From: Syntrophorhabdaceae bacterium
Lineage (GTDB): Bacteria; Desulfobacterota; Syntrophorhabdia; Syntrophorhabdales; Syntrophorhabdaceae
Reading direction: 5' to 3'
NCBI GenBank assembly: GCA_963665295.1
Contig: OY762209.1
Span: 5,152,001-5,216,000, forward strand
DNA length: 64,000 bases
Shown here: positions 18,712 through 28,251 of the stretch, one piece after another
Layout: the number at the start of each line of letters is the position of its first letter
Numbering within the stretch: position 1 is the stretch's first letter
Made by a program: the position numbers and the translations under genes
Notes under the pieces: generated by a model
Seen by the model: the letters and a program-made list of their open reading frames with translations, nothing else
Database searches by the model: none
What the model was told of the DNA's origin: nothing

Positions 18712-19773
18712 TTAAGGGGTTACCGCGGGATAAACTGTGGGATCCTGCCTGCTCCATTCACTCCAGGAGCCCTGATAATGCCTTACGGAGGTATAGCCGA
18801 GGCCAAGGAGGAGATGGGTTACATGAGCCGAGCGGAAACCACCCTCACAATAGGGAACGGCCGTCTTGTCCTTGGTTATCTCAAGCCCGGTAAACAGGGT
18901 GCGGAGGTCCGCCTCGCTCTTGAGTATCTTGATGGGCAATCCCGTGTCCGTATCGACAACCCCCGTGTCCGTGAATACATCTGTCCAGTTAAGGGCGACT
19001 GCATCGGGAATGTGGCCGCTCCTCGGGTTTCCCGACTTCACATCGGTGCCGGCATATTCACCCGGCGTGCGGGCGTCAACGAGCACGGTTCCCGTGACTT
19101 CACCGTTGACTACGGACAATACGTCGTATCTCGTAGCCAGGATATCCGCATAGGCGCTCAGGACGTAAGGCTTTGCGGTGGGATTGGGCGTCGGCAGGGT
19201 CGGGGTGGTGGTCAGATATTTCGCGCTCGTATTCTTGTCCACGAACTTCCATTTGGGAAAACCGCCGTCCATGTTATAGGCTTTCTGGTGACCATAGAGC
19301 TTGAGCGTCCAGACAAGCCGCGCCGACAGGCCCCAGTCGGCGTCGTCGGCATCGCCATAAGTGACGACGGTGGTGCTGGCCGATTTAATGCCCCAACTGT
19401 TCACCAGCTTGATAAACTCGGTGGGAGTCGGGGTCATGTAATGTATGATGGTCCCGTCGGTTCCCTCGGTTCTATTAACAAAATAGGTTGAACTGGGGAC
19501 ATTGATGGCCCCTTTGATGTGACCTGCGGCATATTTCGTGGCGCTACGGGTGTCGATAAGGAGAATTCCCCCCAGATGCGATTTTACCCATGCAGTGGTG
19601 ACGAAATATTTGCTGAACTGGGTGCTGAACTTCTGAGCCGGTGTTGCCCCTTTCTGTTCATACGTTTCGGAGCCGGACGCCGGTCCATCGGCCCTGACCA
19701 CGGGTATGAAGATCGATGAGAGCAGCATTAATACAGCAATAGGTACGATAACAAGACTGGTAACACGTTTCAT
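18712..19773 (-). CDS. Tandem-domain rhodanese/sulfurtransferase with signal peptide
   Basis: LIDTRS...GHIKGA, VVTYGD, MDGGF.KW, LVDARTPGEY.G, GHIPDA, YCEGGFRS, YQGSWSEW; AAGGAGG SD. Confidence 0.9.
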   Translation of the reverse strand: MKRVTSLVIVPIAVLMLLSSIFIPVVRADGPASGSETYEQKGATPAQKFSTQFSKYFVTTAWVKSHLGGILLIDTRSATKYAAGHIKGAINVPSSTYFVNRTEGTDGTIIHYMTPTPTEFIKLVNSWGIKSASTTVVTYGDADDADWGLSARLVWTLKLYGHQKAYNMDGGFPKWKFVDKNTSAKYLTTTPTLPTPNPTAKPYVLSAYADILATRYDVLSVVNGEVTGTVLVDARTPGEYAGTDVKSGNPRSGHIPDAVALNWTDVFTDTGVVDTDTGLPIKILKSEADLRTLFTGLEITKDKTAVPYCEGGFRSAHVTHLLLGLGYTSVRHYQGSWSEWSRQDPTVYPAVTP

Positions 19774-20259
19774 AAGCGCTTCCTCCTTATGTAATTGAAT
19801 GCCGTTACACCTGAATTTCACTGGCATTGCTCGCCTTGACGGAGATCCCGGAGCGGGCCCTGACCCGGCCCATGGGGAAGACCGGCGTGGTCACTTTTCA
19901 ATGCGTGCCCGGCCTCGACCCCGACCGGTGCTGCGGGCTCAGAAATAAAGTCGAGGAGATACAGAGGAGGTCCCTGTCGAAATCCGCACGGGCCACCGGT
20001 CAAATCAACATTTCATTCCCGCAGAAAGGCACGGCCTTCAAAAGCTCCTGTCTTTAGTTTGTTATTACTATCATAGGGTAGATGAATTAGTCAATAATTT
20101 ATTATTACTCTGATATACAAAATGAATCAGTAAACCGGGTAAATCAAAAAGCCTTATAGGAGGCCAATCGCCGTTGACTCGCGAAGGCCGGTTAATGTAG
20201 ATTAGAAATACGCCCGGCATCGAGGCGGCGCTCTCCAAAGGTAAGGAAAACAGAATACG

Positions 20260-21687
20260 GTGAAACTTCTCTTTCTCTCCTTCGACTACCTCACCCAACC
20301 ATTGGGGATCGCCACTCTTTCCGCGGCCCTTCATCAGGCGGGGCACCATGCCGAAGTTGCCTCCCTCGGCGATAAAACGCGACAGGAATCACTCTTAAGA
20401 GATTTCAAACCCCATATCCTCTGTCTCTCGCTGGTCACGGGTCAACATCCCCTGTTCCTTGAAAGGGCGCGGCAGATAAAGGCCGGGTACCCGCACCTTC
20501 TGGTGCTGGCCGGGGGTCCGCACCCCACCTTCTATCCGGAATGCATAGGAGAACCCTGCATCGACGCGCTCTGTCGGGGGGAGGGCGACGTTGCTTTGCC
20601 GGCCCTTGTCGATGCCGTGGACCGGACGGGCGCCATGCCGGAAAGCCTTGCAAACTGGTGGATCAAAGGGCATGACGGCTCCATTTCCCGTAGCCATGTC
20701 GCAGCCCTCGTCAATAACCTTGACCGCCTCCCCTTTCCCGACCGCGACATCTTCGACAGGGCTCGTCCGGGCCCCGCGCCGGTGACCGTCTTTGTCATGG
20801 CGTCGCGGGGCTGTCCTTTCAACTGCAGCTACTGCTTCAATCATGCGTACCGAAAGCTGTATCAGGGGCAGGGCGTCATGTGCCGCAGGCGGACCGTGGG
20901 CAATGTGATCGCCGAGATCAAAACGTTGCGGAAGCGCTACCCCTTGCAGATGGTGGTGTTCCAGGACGACACCTTCAACCTCGACAAGACATGGCTACGG
21001 GAGTTCGCGAAAGAATACGGGAGGGAGATAGACCTGCCGTTTCACTGCCATCTCCGTGCCGATCTTCTCGACGCCGAGACCGCGTACCTGTTGCGGCGGG
21101 CCGGTTGTCTTTCGGTCAAGCTCGGCCTCGAAGCCGGTCGCGAAGAGGTGCGTAACGGCATTTTGAAACGGGGCATGACGCTCCGGCAGTTCGAGAATGC
21201 CTGCACGCTGCTTACGCAGAGCGGTATCCGTCTTGCGACCGAGAATATTCTTGCAACGCCGGGCACAACCCTCGAAGACGACCTCTTCACCTATTCCGTC
21301 AACCGGCGCGTGAGGCCCCGGCACAGTTTTGCCACCCTCATGCAGATCTATCCGCGGACCGATATCGCCTCCTACGCCCTTGAGCACGGGTTTGCGGCTG
21401 CACCGGTTACGGATTTTCCCGCCACGTTCTACGAAGACTCGGCCGTCACCATCACGGATAAGGATAAGCGGGGCAGACTCCGGGCCCTCTTTGCCCTGGC
21501 CGTGAGCCTGAACCTGCCGCTCCGTGTGGTACGACTGCTGCTTGCACTGCCCTTCAGGGGAGTATATGAGTTTGTGGACCGGCTCTGGAAGGGGTACTGC
21601 CTGAGATTCCGCATCTACCCTTACACGCAAAGCATGGGAAGCTTTATGAGGGACGTGGGGAGCTACCTCCGGGGGAAATACTATTGA
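20260..21687 (+). CDS. Cobalamin-binding-domain radical SAM protein (class B-like)
   Basis: PLGIATLSA, GGPHPTF, RGEGD, LPFPDR, SRGCPFNCSYC, FQDDTF, GLEAG. Confidence 0.9.
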   Translation: MKLLFLSFDYLTQPLGIATLSAALHQAGHHAEVASLGDKTRQESLLRDFKPHILCLSLVTGQHPLFLERARQIKAGYPHLLVLAGGPHPTFYPECIGEPCIDALCRGEGDVALPALVDAVDRTGAMPESLANWWIKGHDGSISRSHVAALVNNLDRLPFPDRDIFDRARPGPAPVTVFVMASRGCPFNCSYCFNHAYRKLYQGQGVMCRRRTVGNVIAEIKTLRKRYPLQMVVFQDDTFNLDKTWLREFAKEYGREIDLPFHCHLRADLLDAETAYLLRRAGCLSVKLGLEAGREEVRNGILKRGMTLRQFENACTLLTQSGIRLATENILATPGTTLEDDLFTYSVNRRVRPRHSFATLMQIYPRTDIASYALEHGFAAAPVTDFPATFYEDSAVTITDKDKRGRLRALFALAVSLNLPLRVVRLLLALPFRGVYEFVDRLWKGYCLRFRIYPYTQSMGSFMRDVGSYLRGKYY

Positions 21688-21765
21688 CCCCGTCCTTCGG
21701 TTGTCCTCTCCGTGCCGCCCGGGGGCGGGCTCGACATATGTTCCGCAACAGGAAAGGGGTCACCA

Positions 21766-23127
21766 ATGGGCTTCGGTAGTCATATCCTCATATTCGCCCG
21801 ATACCCGGAGCCGGGAAAAGCCAAGACACGGCTTATTCCCGCCCTCGGGCCCGTGGGCGCGGCGCGGTTGCACCGGCGGATGACTGAAAAGGCGGTGGCC
21901 ACGGCGCGGGCCGGACTCGCGTCCTCCCGGGAAGTCGGTGCCCGCATACTGGTTTGTTGCACCGGGGCGCCTCCCGGCGCTTTCCGGGCGTGGTTGGGAG
22001 AGGACCTCCTTTACGCGGCCCAGCCTTCCGGGGACCTGGGCATCCGTATGGGCCGGGCCTTCAAGTCCGCCCTGCGCCATGGCGCGCCTGCCCTGGCCAT
22101 CGGTTCCGACGTGCCCGCCATAACCCCCGCGATCCTCGCTCAGGCCTTCGAAAGTCTGCATGATCATGATGTCGTTCTCGGACCGGCCGGGGACGGCGGC
22201 TATTATCTCATAGGGCTAAAACGCTTTAACCCGGAGTTGTTCTCAGGCATCGAGTGGGGAACGGGGGAAGTGTGGAATCAGACCTGCCACGTCCTTTCAA
22301 GGCAGGGACTGAAAGTTGCCCGGTTGCCGGTATTGAGCGATGTGGACCGCCCCCGGGACCTTCCCCCGCTGCGGGGCGATTCGCTCTTCGCGGACTGCTT
22401 CACGGGTAAAACACCACTTTCCATTGTCATCCCCACACTCAATGAGGCGGACGGCCTCGGCGGAGTACTCGAACGCCTTCATAAGGCAGCCGCCGCCCAA
22501 ATTATCGTGGCGGACGGCGGAAGCACGGATCAAACCCGGGAAATAGCCGCGCAGGCAGGCGCCCTTGTAATGGAAGTGCCGGGAGGCAGGGCCTGCCAGC
22601 AGAACGCCGGGGCGGCGGCTGCCGGCGGGCGCCTGCTCCTGTTCCTTCACGCAGACACGCTGCTACCCGAAAACTACGCCGACCTTATCCGGGAGACACT
22701 GGACAACCCTTCTATCGTGGCCGGGGCGTTCCGGTTTCAGACGGATGCTCCCGGTATGGCCATGCGCTTCATTGAATGGACCGCCAACCTGAGATCGGTC
22801 CTCATGCAGGCCCCATACGGAGATCAGGGTTTGTTCATGGAGAAGAGGGTGTTTCAGGAAATGGGCGGGTTCGCGCCTTTACCGGTCATGGAGGACTTTG
22901 ATCTCGTCCGCCGGCTCAGGCGCCGTGGCGCCGTAACAACCCTTCGCGCCGGTGCGGTCACCTCGGCGCGGCGCTGGCGGCAACTCGGTGTAATCCGCAC
23001 GACCGTGACCAACATGCTCATGGTGGGAGGTTTCTTTTGCGGCGTGCCGGTGGAAAAGTTGAGCCGCCTCTACCGGAAGGGCGGGGCCTCTCCCCCCGGC
23101 CCCGCCCCGAACGGCCCCGGTTCCTGA
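21766..23127 (+). CDS. Fused TIGR04282-type (DUF2064) and TIGR04283-type (GT2) rSAM/selenodomain-associated transferases
   Basis: N-half IFARYPEPGKAKTRL, GDLGIRM, IGSDVP, GPAGDGGYYLIG, DVDRP.DL; C-half SIVIPTLNEA, DGGSTD, LFLHADT, PYGDQGLF, MEDFD, TSARRW. Confidence 0.85.
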   Translation: MGFGSHILIFARYPEPGKAKTRLIPALGPVGAARLHRRMTEKAVATARAGLASSREVGARILVCCTGAPPGAFRAWLGEDLLYAAQPSGDLGIRMGRAFKSALRHGAPALAIGSDVPAITPAILAQAFESLHDHDVVLGPAGDGGYYLIGLKRFNPELFSGIEWGTGEVWNQTCHVLSRQGLKVARLPVLSDVDRPRDLPPLRGDSLFADCFTGKTPLSIVIPTLNEADGLGGVLERLHKAAAAQIIVADGGSTDQTREIAAQAGALVMEVPGGRACQQNAGAAAAGGRLLLFLHADTLLPENYADLIRETLDNPSIVAGAFRFQTDAPGMAMRFIEWTANLRSVLMQAPYGDQGLFMEKRVFQEMGGFAPLPVMEDFDLVRRLRRRGAVTTLRAGAVTSARRWRQLGVIRTTVTNMLMVGGFFCGVPVEKLSRLYRKGGASPPGPAPNGPGS

Positions 23128-23442
23128 GGAACCATCAGTCCTCCCGGCCCGGTATCCACCGGCCGCTTCACGTGTTTTCCTGAATGCCTGTGGATTTGTC
23201 GACTCAGTTCTGCTGAAGCTTTTCGCCAAACAAGGGAAATATCTTCCTATTCCGCTCATTAATAGATTTTCAAATGCTATAAAATGTATTATAATAGATA
23301 CAGAAACGTTAGACTGGGAAGTGTCGGGTTACGTTGGGAAAAGGCATAAAGACGGCGGCAGGAAAATCACAGGCCCATGTGGTAACCGATAATTCTGCGC
23401 TGAGGAAAGGAGAAAATCATCACCACCACTCGCTGTGATGAC

Positions 23443-25620
23443 ATGGAGAAGGAAGAGACCGGCGCAGCCCGGGTGAATGGCGTCGAGGAGACTGAGAAGG
23501 CCCTCAAGGAAAGCGAGAAGAATTTCCAGGCCCTTCTCAACGCGACCACCGACATGGCATTCCTTATGGACACGAAGGGCCTCATTCTTGCCGCGAACGA
23601 GAACACCGCCCGGGTGTATGATACCACCATGGATACCCTCATCGGCGCGTGTGTCTACGATTTCATGCCCGACCAGGCCGCCCAGAAGTCCATAGCGAAG
23701 GCGGAAGGGGCCGTCAAGTCCCGGATGCACGTACGGTTCCAGGGAAATCTCAGGGGAAAGATCTTCGACAACAGCATCTATCCTGTCTTTGATGAAAACG
23801 GCAACGTCACGAGGCTCGCGGTATACGGCAGGGATATCACCGAGGCCCAAAGGGTACAGGACGCCCTCCGGAAAACGGAGGAAAAGTACCGGAACATATT
23901 TCACAATGCCACGGAAGGCATATTCCAGATTTCACCCGAGGGACATTTCATAAGCGCGAACCCGTCTCTCGCCCGCATACACGGTTACGAATCGCCCGAG
24001 GAACTCATGAGTTCGGTGGCAAGCGTGACCACGCTTTACGTGCATCCCGAAAAACTTCTTGATTTCACGCGCCTTCTTCACCAGAAGGATCATGTGTCCA
24101 ACTTCGAGACCCAGATGCGCCACAAAGACGGCAGCATCCAGTGGATATTGATCAACGCCCGGGCCGTGAGGGATGAAGACGGGCGGATACTCTACCTCGA
24201 AGGCACCATGCAGGACATCACGGAACGGAAGAGCGCGGAAGAGGCCCTTGCGGAAAGCGAGGAGAGGTACCGGACGGCCATCGAACATTCCAACGATGGA
24301 GTGTCCATCATCAAGGGCGATACCCATCTTTATGTGAACAGACGGTTCGTCGAGATGTTCGGCTACGACCGCCCTGAGGATATCGTGGGGAAACCCATAG
24401 AGATCACCGTCCATCCCGACGACGTGGCCATGGTCAAAGAGATCAACCTGCGCAGGCACCGCGACGCACCCAATCCGTCACGTTACGAATTCAAAGGCGT
24501 CACGCGGGACAAGAAGATTATTTACGTGGAGGTTTCCGCCACCAATATCACCTACCGGGGGGCGCCGGTTTCTCTGGTCTACCTGAGAGATATTACCGAG
24601 AGGAAACGCGCTGAAGAGGCGCTCAGGCAATCGCACCTCGAACTGGAGAGGCTCAACAGTGCAAAAACCAAGGCGGTGAACCACATCTCTCATGAGTTGA
24701 AAACCCCCCTTGCCGTGGTCCAGGGCAACATACGGATCCTTAAACGGAAGATCGAGAGTACTTCCTTTGCTGAAGGGGTACGGGGTAATATCGAGGTCCT
24801 CGAACGAAATCTCGAAAGGCTTTTCAGCATCTCGAAACAGACCGACGAGATCTTCCGCGTATCTCAGGAATTGGAGGCCGGGGTCGTTCTGAGCGACCTT
24901 GACCGTCTATGGGAAAGAATGGAAGGCTTTCCGGAAATGCCTCCCGAGGTACGCGCCGACTGGTCTCGCGTAAAAAGATGGATCAGCCGGTACATGTCCG
25001 GCAGCCCCCTCTCCTTTCAGTCCATCGACCTCTATCCTTTCCTCCAGTCCCTGGTGGAGAAGGTGAAACAGAAAGCGCGCCACAGGAAGATCAGGTATGT
25101 CGTCGAGGGGGAGAACGATCTCTACGTCTTCATGGAGCCCGATATCCTGGGCGACGTGCTCGAGGGACTTCTCAAGAACGCCATAGAGAATACCCCTGAC
25201 GGGGGCGTCATCAAGGTCGTGGCGGACCAGAAGGACGAGACCATTTTGGTCCACGTCACGGATTACGGCGTGGGGATCGTGAAAGAAAACATCCAGTATC
25301 TTTTCGACGGTCTCTTCGATACCCGTGAGACGGACCTCTATACGTCCAGGAAACCCTATGATTTCGGGGCGGGAGGCAAGGGATTCGACCTTCTCCGGAT
25401 AAAGATGTACGGGAAACGGTTCGGTTTTGACCTCTCCGTGGAGAGTTGCAGATGTAAATATATCCCTCACGACCAGGACCTGTGCCCCGGCGATGTCGCC
25501 GAATGCACCCTTTGCCGCACCCCGGAGGACTGCACGGAAAGCGGAGGGTCCACCTTTACCATCTCTTTTCCCCCTGAAGCGAAGAGAAAACAGGAAATGG
25601 CCGCCGGAGGACTGCTGTAG
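23443..25620 (+). CDS. Soluble sensor histidine kinase with three PAS domains
   Basis: Three PAS/PAC units ending DITE; SHELKTPL H-box; KNAIENTP N-box; DYGVGI G1 box; Cys-rich C-terminal insertion. Confidence 0.9.
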   Translation: MEKEETGAARVNGVEETEKALKESEKNFQALLNATTDMAFLMDTKGLILAANENTARVYDTTMDTLIGACVYDFMPDQAAQKSIAKAEGAVKSRMHVRFQGNLRGKIFDNSIYPVFDENGNVTRLAVYGRDITEAQRVQDALRKTEEKYRNIFHNATEGIFQISPEGHFISANPSLARIHGYESPEELMSSVASVTTLYVHPEKLLDFTRLLHQKDHVSNFETQMRHKDGSIQWILINARAVRDEDGRILYLEGTMQDITERKSAEEALAESEERYRTAIEHSNDGVSIIKGDTHLYVNRRFVEMFGYDRPEDIVGKPIEITVHPDDVAMVKEINLRRHRDAPNPSRYEFKGVTRDKKIIYVEVSATNITYRGAPVSLVYLRDITERKRAEEALRQSHLELERLNSAKTKAVNHISHELKTPLAVVQGNIRILKRKIESTSFAEGVRGNIEVLERNLERLFSISKQTDEIFRVSQELEAGVVLSDLDRLWERMEGFPEMPPEVRADWSRVKRWISRYMSGSPLSFQSIDLYPFLQSLVEKVKQKARHRKIRYVVEGENDLYVFMEPDILGDVLEGLLKNAIENTPDGGVIKVVADQKDETILVHVTDYGVGIVKENIQYLFDGLFDTRETDLYTSRKPYDFGAGGKGFDLLRIKMYGKRFGFDLSVESCRCKYIPHDQDLCPGDVAECTLCRTPEDCTESGGSTFTISFPPEAKRKQEMAAGGLL

Positions 25621-25733
25621 CGGTTTTCCCCGCCCCTGTTCCGGATTAGCCGCGGCGCCGGGGGGTGCGTTTTCCCTTCAATCCGATCAACCTGCGGCTA
25701 CCGAACTTTTTTACTGCAATATCTTTATAAAAG

Positions 25734-26156
25734 GTGGTAAGATTTAGTCTCATGAGGACAGGACAATTGATAAGGAACGGCAGAGCGAGGCTGAAGGCTT
25801 CCGTGGGCCGGCGGCATGGGATGCAACTGGTTGACCTCTTCGTCGATCACACACCCGACACCGGAAATATACGGATAATAGGCGGTTACGGACCGATCAC
25901 CATGTCCGACCATCTCAAGCTCATCCTCACTCCCTTTGCGTGTTCGGACTGCGGGTCCCAAAATGTCACGAGCAGCTACCGGCCCAGTATGAAACAGTGG
26001 CTTCTTAAGTTTTCGGGAAGGAAGATCTTCCTCTGCAGCGACTGCGGCGCCACGCAGGTGGTTAAGGTCCGCAGGTGCGAGTGGGAGACCATCGGAACCT
26101 TTGCCGCCATAGCCGTGGCCTTCCTCGCCTTGACCCTTCATTGGGCTTTTCGGTAA
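25734..26156 (+). CDS. Hypothetical zinc-ribbon protein with C-terminal TM helix (start uncertain)
   Basis: CSDCGS...CSDCGA pair followed by a hydrophobic tail. Confidence 0.55.
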   Translation: MVRFSLMRTGQLIRNGRARLKASVGRRHGMQLVDLFVDHTPDTGNIRIIGGYGPITMSDHLKLILTPFACSDCGSQNVTSSYRPSMKQWLLKFSGRKIFLCSDCGATQVVKVRRCEWETIGTFAAIAVAFLALTLHWAFR

Positions 26157-26190
26157 CTGGTGTATTCTCATCTCACGTAGGGGGTTTCAC

Positions 26191-27387
26191 ATGCCGGTTC
26201 GGATGCCCGTAATAAGATTACTCACCCTGTTTGTTGCCATAGTCTTCACTTTCTCCACTCCTTTTCCCTCTTACGGAGCGAATAAGCCTCCTGTCAAAGT
26301 GGCGGCCCTCTATAACGTCACCGGAGGCATGGCGTCCATCGATGCCCCTGCCATGAACGGCGCGAAGCTTGCGGCCAAGCTGGCCAACGCCCGGGGAGGT
26401 GTGCTCGGGGGACGGATGATCGACATCGTTCCCTTTGACACGAGGACCGACCTCAAGGCAGCCTCGTCGGCAGCGGCAACTGCGGCGAAGATGGATGTTA
26501 TCGCCGGGGTAGGCTACGGAGATTCCGATTTCGTGCTGGCGGCCGCCCCCTATTTCCAGGTTCAGGGGGTCCCCTTCGTGACGTCGGGCGCTACGGACCC
26601 GTCCCTCCCGAGAAGGATCGGAAACCGCCTCTTCCTCGCAGCATTCGGGGACGACGACCAGGCCTCGGTACTCGCGGAATTCGCATACGAGCAACTCAAG
26701 GCAAGGCGGATCGTCATTTTGACGGACAGCACCACTGATTTCACGAAAACCCTCTCCCGCTTCTTCAGGGACCGTTTTGAGTCGCGGGGTGGTAAAATCG
26801 AGGAAGAAGCATTCTTCAAGTCGGGTGACACGAATTTTTCCGGCCTCACCGCGAGAATCAAGAGCGCCCGTCCCAAGCCGGACTGCGTGCTCGTCGCAAG
26901 CGGACCGGGGGAAGCGGGGCTCCTGGTCAAACAGATTCGAGGAGCGGGTATCACAGTACCCATACTGGGCGGCGACAGCTTCGACACGGACCTGGTCCTT
27001 TCCGTTCCCGGTCCGGAACTCGCAAACCAGGTGTTTTTCTCCTGCCATCTGTTCCCGGGGGACAAGCGTCCCGAAGCCCTCAATTTCGAGGCCGCCTATC
27101 AGCGCGAATATGGCGTCGCTCCTCCCAATGCCTTCGCGGCCCTGGGATACGATGCAGTCGGGCTCATCATAGACGCGATCAAGCGGGCCGATACCGCAGA
27201 TGTGGACCTCGTTGCAACGGCCCTGTCCAAAACCAACGGATATGACGGTGTCACGGGTCGGATATCTTACCTCACCAGACCGGGAACACCGATGAAACCG
27301 GTTTCCATCGTGGGTATCAAGAACGGCAGAAAAGAACTCATGGGGGTCTGGGAGGCAACCTATTTTGCCGTATCCTACTCTCACTGA
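26191..27387 (+). CDS. Branched-chain amino acid type (LivJ/LivK-like) periplasmic binding protein
   Basis: Signal peptide; TSGATDP.L, DDDQA, PILGGD, AALGYDA, GVTG.I motifs. Confidence 0.85.
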   Translation: MPVRMPVIRLLTLFVAIVFTFSTPFPSYGANKPPVKVAALYNVTGGMASIDAPAMNGAKLAAKLANARGGVLGGRMIDIVPFDTRTDLKAASSAAATAAKMDVIAGVGYGDSDFVLAAAPYFQVQGVPFVTSGATDPSLPRRIGNRLFLAAFGDDDQASVLAEFAYEQLKARRIVILTDSTTDFTKTLSRFFRDRFESRGGKIEEEAFFKSGDTNFSGLTARIKSARPKPDCVLVASGPGEAGLLVKQIRGAGITVPILGGDSFDTDLVLSVPGPELANQVFFSCHLFPGDKRPEALNFEAAYQREYGVAPPNAFAALGYDAVGLIIDAIKRADTADVDLVATALSKTNGYDGVTGRISYLTRPGTPMKPVSIVGIKNGRKELMGVWEATYFAVSYSH

Positions 27388-27455
27388 AAGAGACCTGACC
27401 CATTTCCACCGGGCATATACGCCCCTATGAAGGACATATTCCAAGGGAGGCAATC

Positions 27456-27737
27456 ATGAAAACGAGCAGCGTTGAAGGAAGCGGCGGCAGCGATATCATG
27501 GTCTACACCTTGAGCACCTGTGTCTGGTGCAAAAAAGTGAAACAGTTTCTCGACGACCTCGGGGTCGGATACCGGTATGTGGACGTGGACGGCCTTGCCG
27601 GTCAGGACAGAGAGGAAGCGCTCGAGGAGATGAAGCGTTGGAACCCCGGGTGTTCGTTCCCGTCTGTCGTTATCAATCAGGCTACGTGCATAGTCGGCTT
27701 CGACGCGGAAAAGATAAAGGCGGCCCTTACGCAATGA
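27456..27737 (+). CDS. Glutaredoxin/NrdH-like redoxin
   Basis: [29 protein letters not shown]. Confidence 0.9.
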   Translation: MKTSSVEGSGGSDIMVYTLSTCVWCKKVKQFLDDLGVGYRYVDVDGLAGQDREEALEEMKRWNPGCSFPSVVINQATCIVGFDAEKIKAALTQ

Positions 27738-28246
27738 CAGGGGACGGAACAGGGGACGGTCTCCACATAAGCGGACGGTGCGAGACCCTCCGCAAGGAAG
27801 CGGAGGCATCGGGCTACCATCTGAACGGGGACGAGTCTTTCGTCAGGGAACTGGCGGAAGGGCTCATGGCGAACGAAAAAAGGTACGGCTATCCCTCATG
27901 TCCCTGCCGCCTCGCATCAGGCGACAAGGAGGATGACCTCGACATCATCTGCCCGTGCGATTATAGAGACTCCGATCTCGACGAGTACGGTGCTTGCTTC
28001 TGTGCCCTCTATGTCTCCCGTGCAGCGCTCGATGGGTCTCAACCCCTTGGTTCCATCCCCGAGAGACGGCCGGCGCCGGACGAAAGGAAGCGGAGGAAAC
28101 CGCGGCCGGGCGGAGAAAGAGACTCCGCCCTTCCCTATCCCGTGTGGCGATGCAAGGTCTGCGGCTATCTGTGCGCCCGTGACGAACCGCCTGAGAGCTG
28201 CCCCATATGTAAGGCGAAGAAGGAACGATTCGAGAGGTTCCTTTAG
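27734..28246 (+). CDS. Ferredoxin:thioredoxin reductase catalytic-subunit-like protein with C-terminal rubredoxin-like domain
   Basis: CPCR, CPCDY, CFC motifs, then WRCKVCGY...CPICK; ATGA overlap with the glutaredoxin stop. Confidence 0.9.
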   Translation: MTGDGTGDGLHISGRCETLRKEAEASGYHLNGDESFVRELAEGLMANEKRYGYPSCPCRLASGDKEDDLDIICPCDYRDSDLDEYGACFCALYVSRAALDGSQPLGSIPERRPAPDERKRRKPRPGGERDSALPYPVWRCKVCGYLCARDEPPESCPICKAKKERFERFL

Positions 28247-28251
28247 CCCCC

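Noticed and set aside
19818..20057. Short ORFs in the divergent region, including ATG-AAA-TGT-TGA as a possible selenopeptide
   Set aside because: No SD, no family resemblance, no convincing SECIS.
26218..27453. 411-aa minus-strand ORF
   Set aside because: Shadow of the binding-protein gene.
27527..27733. N-terminal extension of the FTR-like ORF
   Set aside because: Overlaps the glutaredoxin; ATGA coupling indicates the start at 27734.
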